From Methanobacteriota archaeon (GTDB lineage Archaea > Halobacteriota > Syntropharchaeia > Alkanophagales > Methanospirareceae): a stretch of 13,729 nucleotides of DNA. Of the stretch, positions 13,340-13,729 are shown one piece after another. How positions within the stretch are numbered: position 1 is the first letter of the stretch; every line of letters starts with the position of its first letter. The stretch covers positions 1 to 13,729 of the forward strand of contig JAYEII010000027.1 in NCBI GenBank assembly GCA_034660015.1, in the 5' to 3' direction. Under the pieces are notes generated by a model. That model was not told the origin of the DNA. It saw only the letters and a list, made by a program, of their open reading frames with translations, and ran no database searches. The translations under genes were made by a program, and so were the position numbers.

Positions 13340-13729
13340 ATGGGAATGGGAATGGAAGTAGAAATGGGAGAACTATTCATAATCCTCGCTGGCATCTTGC
13401 TGGTTTTTGATTTTGTCCTGCTGTCAAAAGCAACGGCAAAGGACAAGAAGAAACTCGAATACGCATTTTACACCTCTGCCATCGCTTGTGCGTTGGTCGT
13501 GGCTTCATACCTCTCGCTCACTTGGGCTTTTGTATCCGATAATTTCTCCTTAAGCGAGGTTTATACCTACAGTTCATCGGGCTTGGCTATCTGGTATAAA
13601 CTCGGCGACCCGTGGATAGGAGCCAGCGGGTCAATGCTTTTTCTTACTTTTCTCTTTACCCTCCTCTATTTCATCTATCGGTTTAAAGAGCCCGAACCCG
13701 AATCAGAAAACGGGGATGAAAAAGGAAGC
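13340..13729 (+). CDS. ccmF: Cytochrome c maturation haem lyase CcmF, N-terminal fragment (continues beyond the window)
   Basis: Not in the supplied ORF track because no stop codon is reached. My translation is MGMGMEVEMGELFIILAGILLVF...LTWAFVSDNFSLSEVYTYSSSGLAIWYKLGDPWIGASGSMLFL... It parallels E. coli CcmF NAFVVNDFTVTYVASNSNTQLPVWYRVAATWGAHEGSLLLW. An in-frame TAG at 13337-13339 bounds the ORF. Candidate starts are 13340, 13346, 13352 and 13364. A TATA-like TTATATATA lies around 13277-13285. Confidence 0.75.
   Translation, partial: MGMGMEVEMGELFIILAGILLVFDFVLLSKATAKDKKKLEYAFYTSAIACALVVASYLSLTWAFVSDNFSLSEVYTYSSSGLAIWYKLGDPWIGASGSMLFLTFLFTLLYFIYRFKEPEPESENGDEKGS

Overview
This looks like an archaeal (euryarchaeal) respiratory and cofactor-maturation locus. 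I see no mobile elements, CRISPR arrays or RNA genes. The archaeal call rests on BRE/TATA-type promoters, oligo-T terminators, the alternative (Ahb) haem pathway, a PGF-CTERM sorting signal and K/E-rich proteins. That fits an Archaeoglobi-like or ANME/Methanosarcinales-like iron- or electrode-respiring organism, but taxonomy cannot be settled without a database search. Gene order is as follows: a NifU/IscU-like Fe-S scaffold and an Lrp/AsnC regulator; a three-gene operon for a Tat-exported formate-dehydrogenase-type Mo/W-bisPGD enzyme (catalytic subunit, four-cluster ferredoxin subunit, DmsC-type membrane anchor); tatA and tatC on the minus strand; a divergent second tatC paralog; fdhD; a nine-haem c-type cytochrome with a Sec signal and PGF-CTERM anchor; then a minus-strand unit of a NirJ-type radical-SAM haem-synthesis enzyme, a fused AhbA/AhbB siroheme decarboxylase and moaA; and finally the 5' end of ccmF, which runs off the window and is missing from the ORF track. 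The main non-obvious signal is a duplicated promoter module of about 140 bp. It carries paired AAAACCT...TTTAG boxes, a conserved TTCATTTTT-AAAAGAA element and a BRE/TATA. It sits upstream of both the molybdoenzyme operon and the multihaem cytochrome gene 7.5 kb away, which implies co-regulation. Other observations concern the lipid-anchor signal on the cytochrome, a hybrid subunit architecture, a degenerate TatC paralog, an FdhD without its Cys loop, a Cys/His-rich Lrp effector domain and inverted homopolymer blocks flanking the operon.
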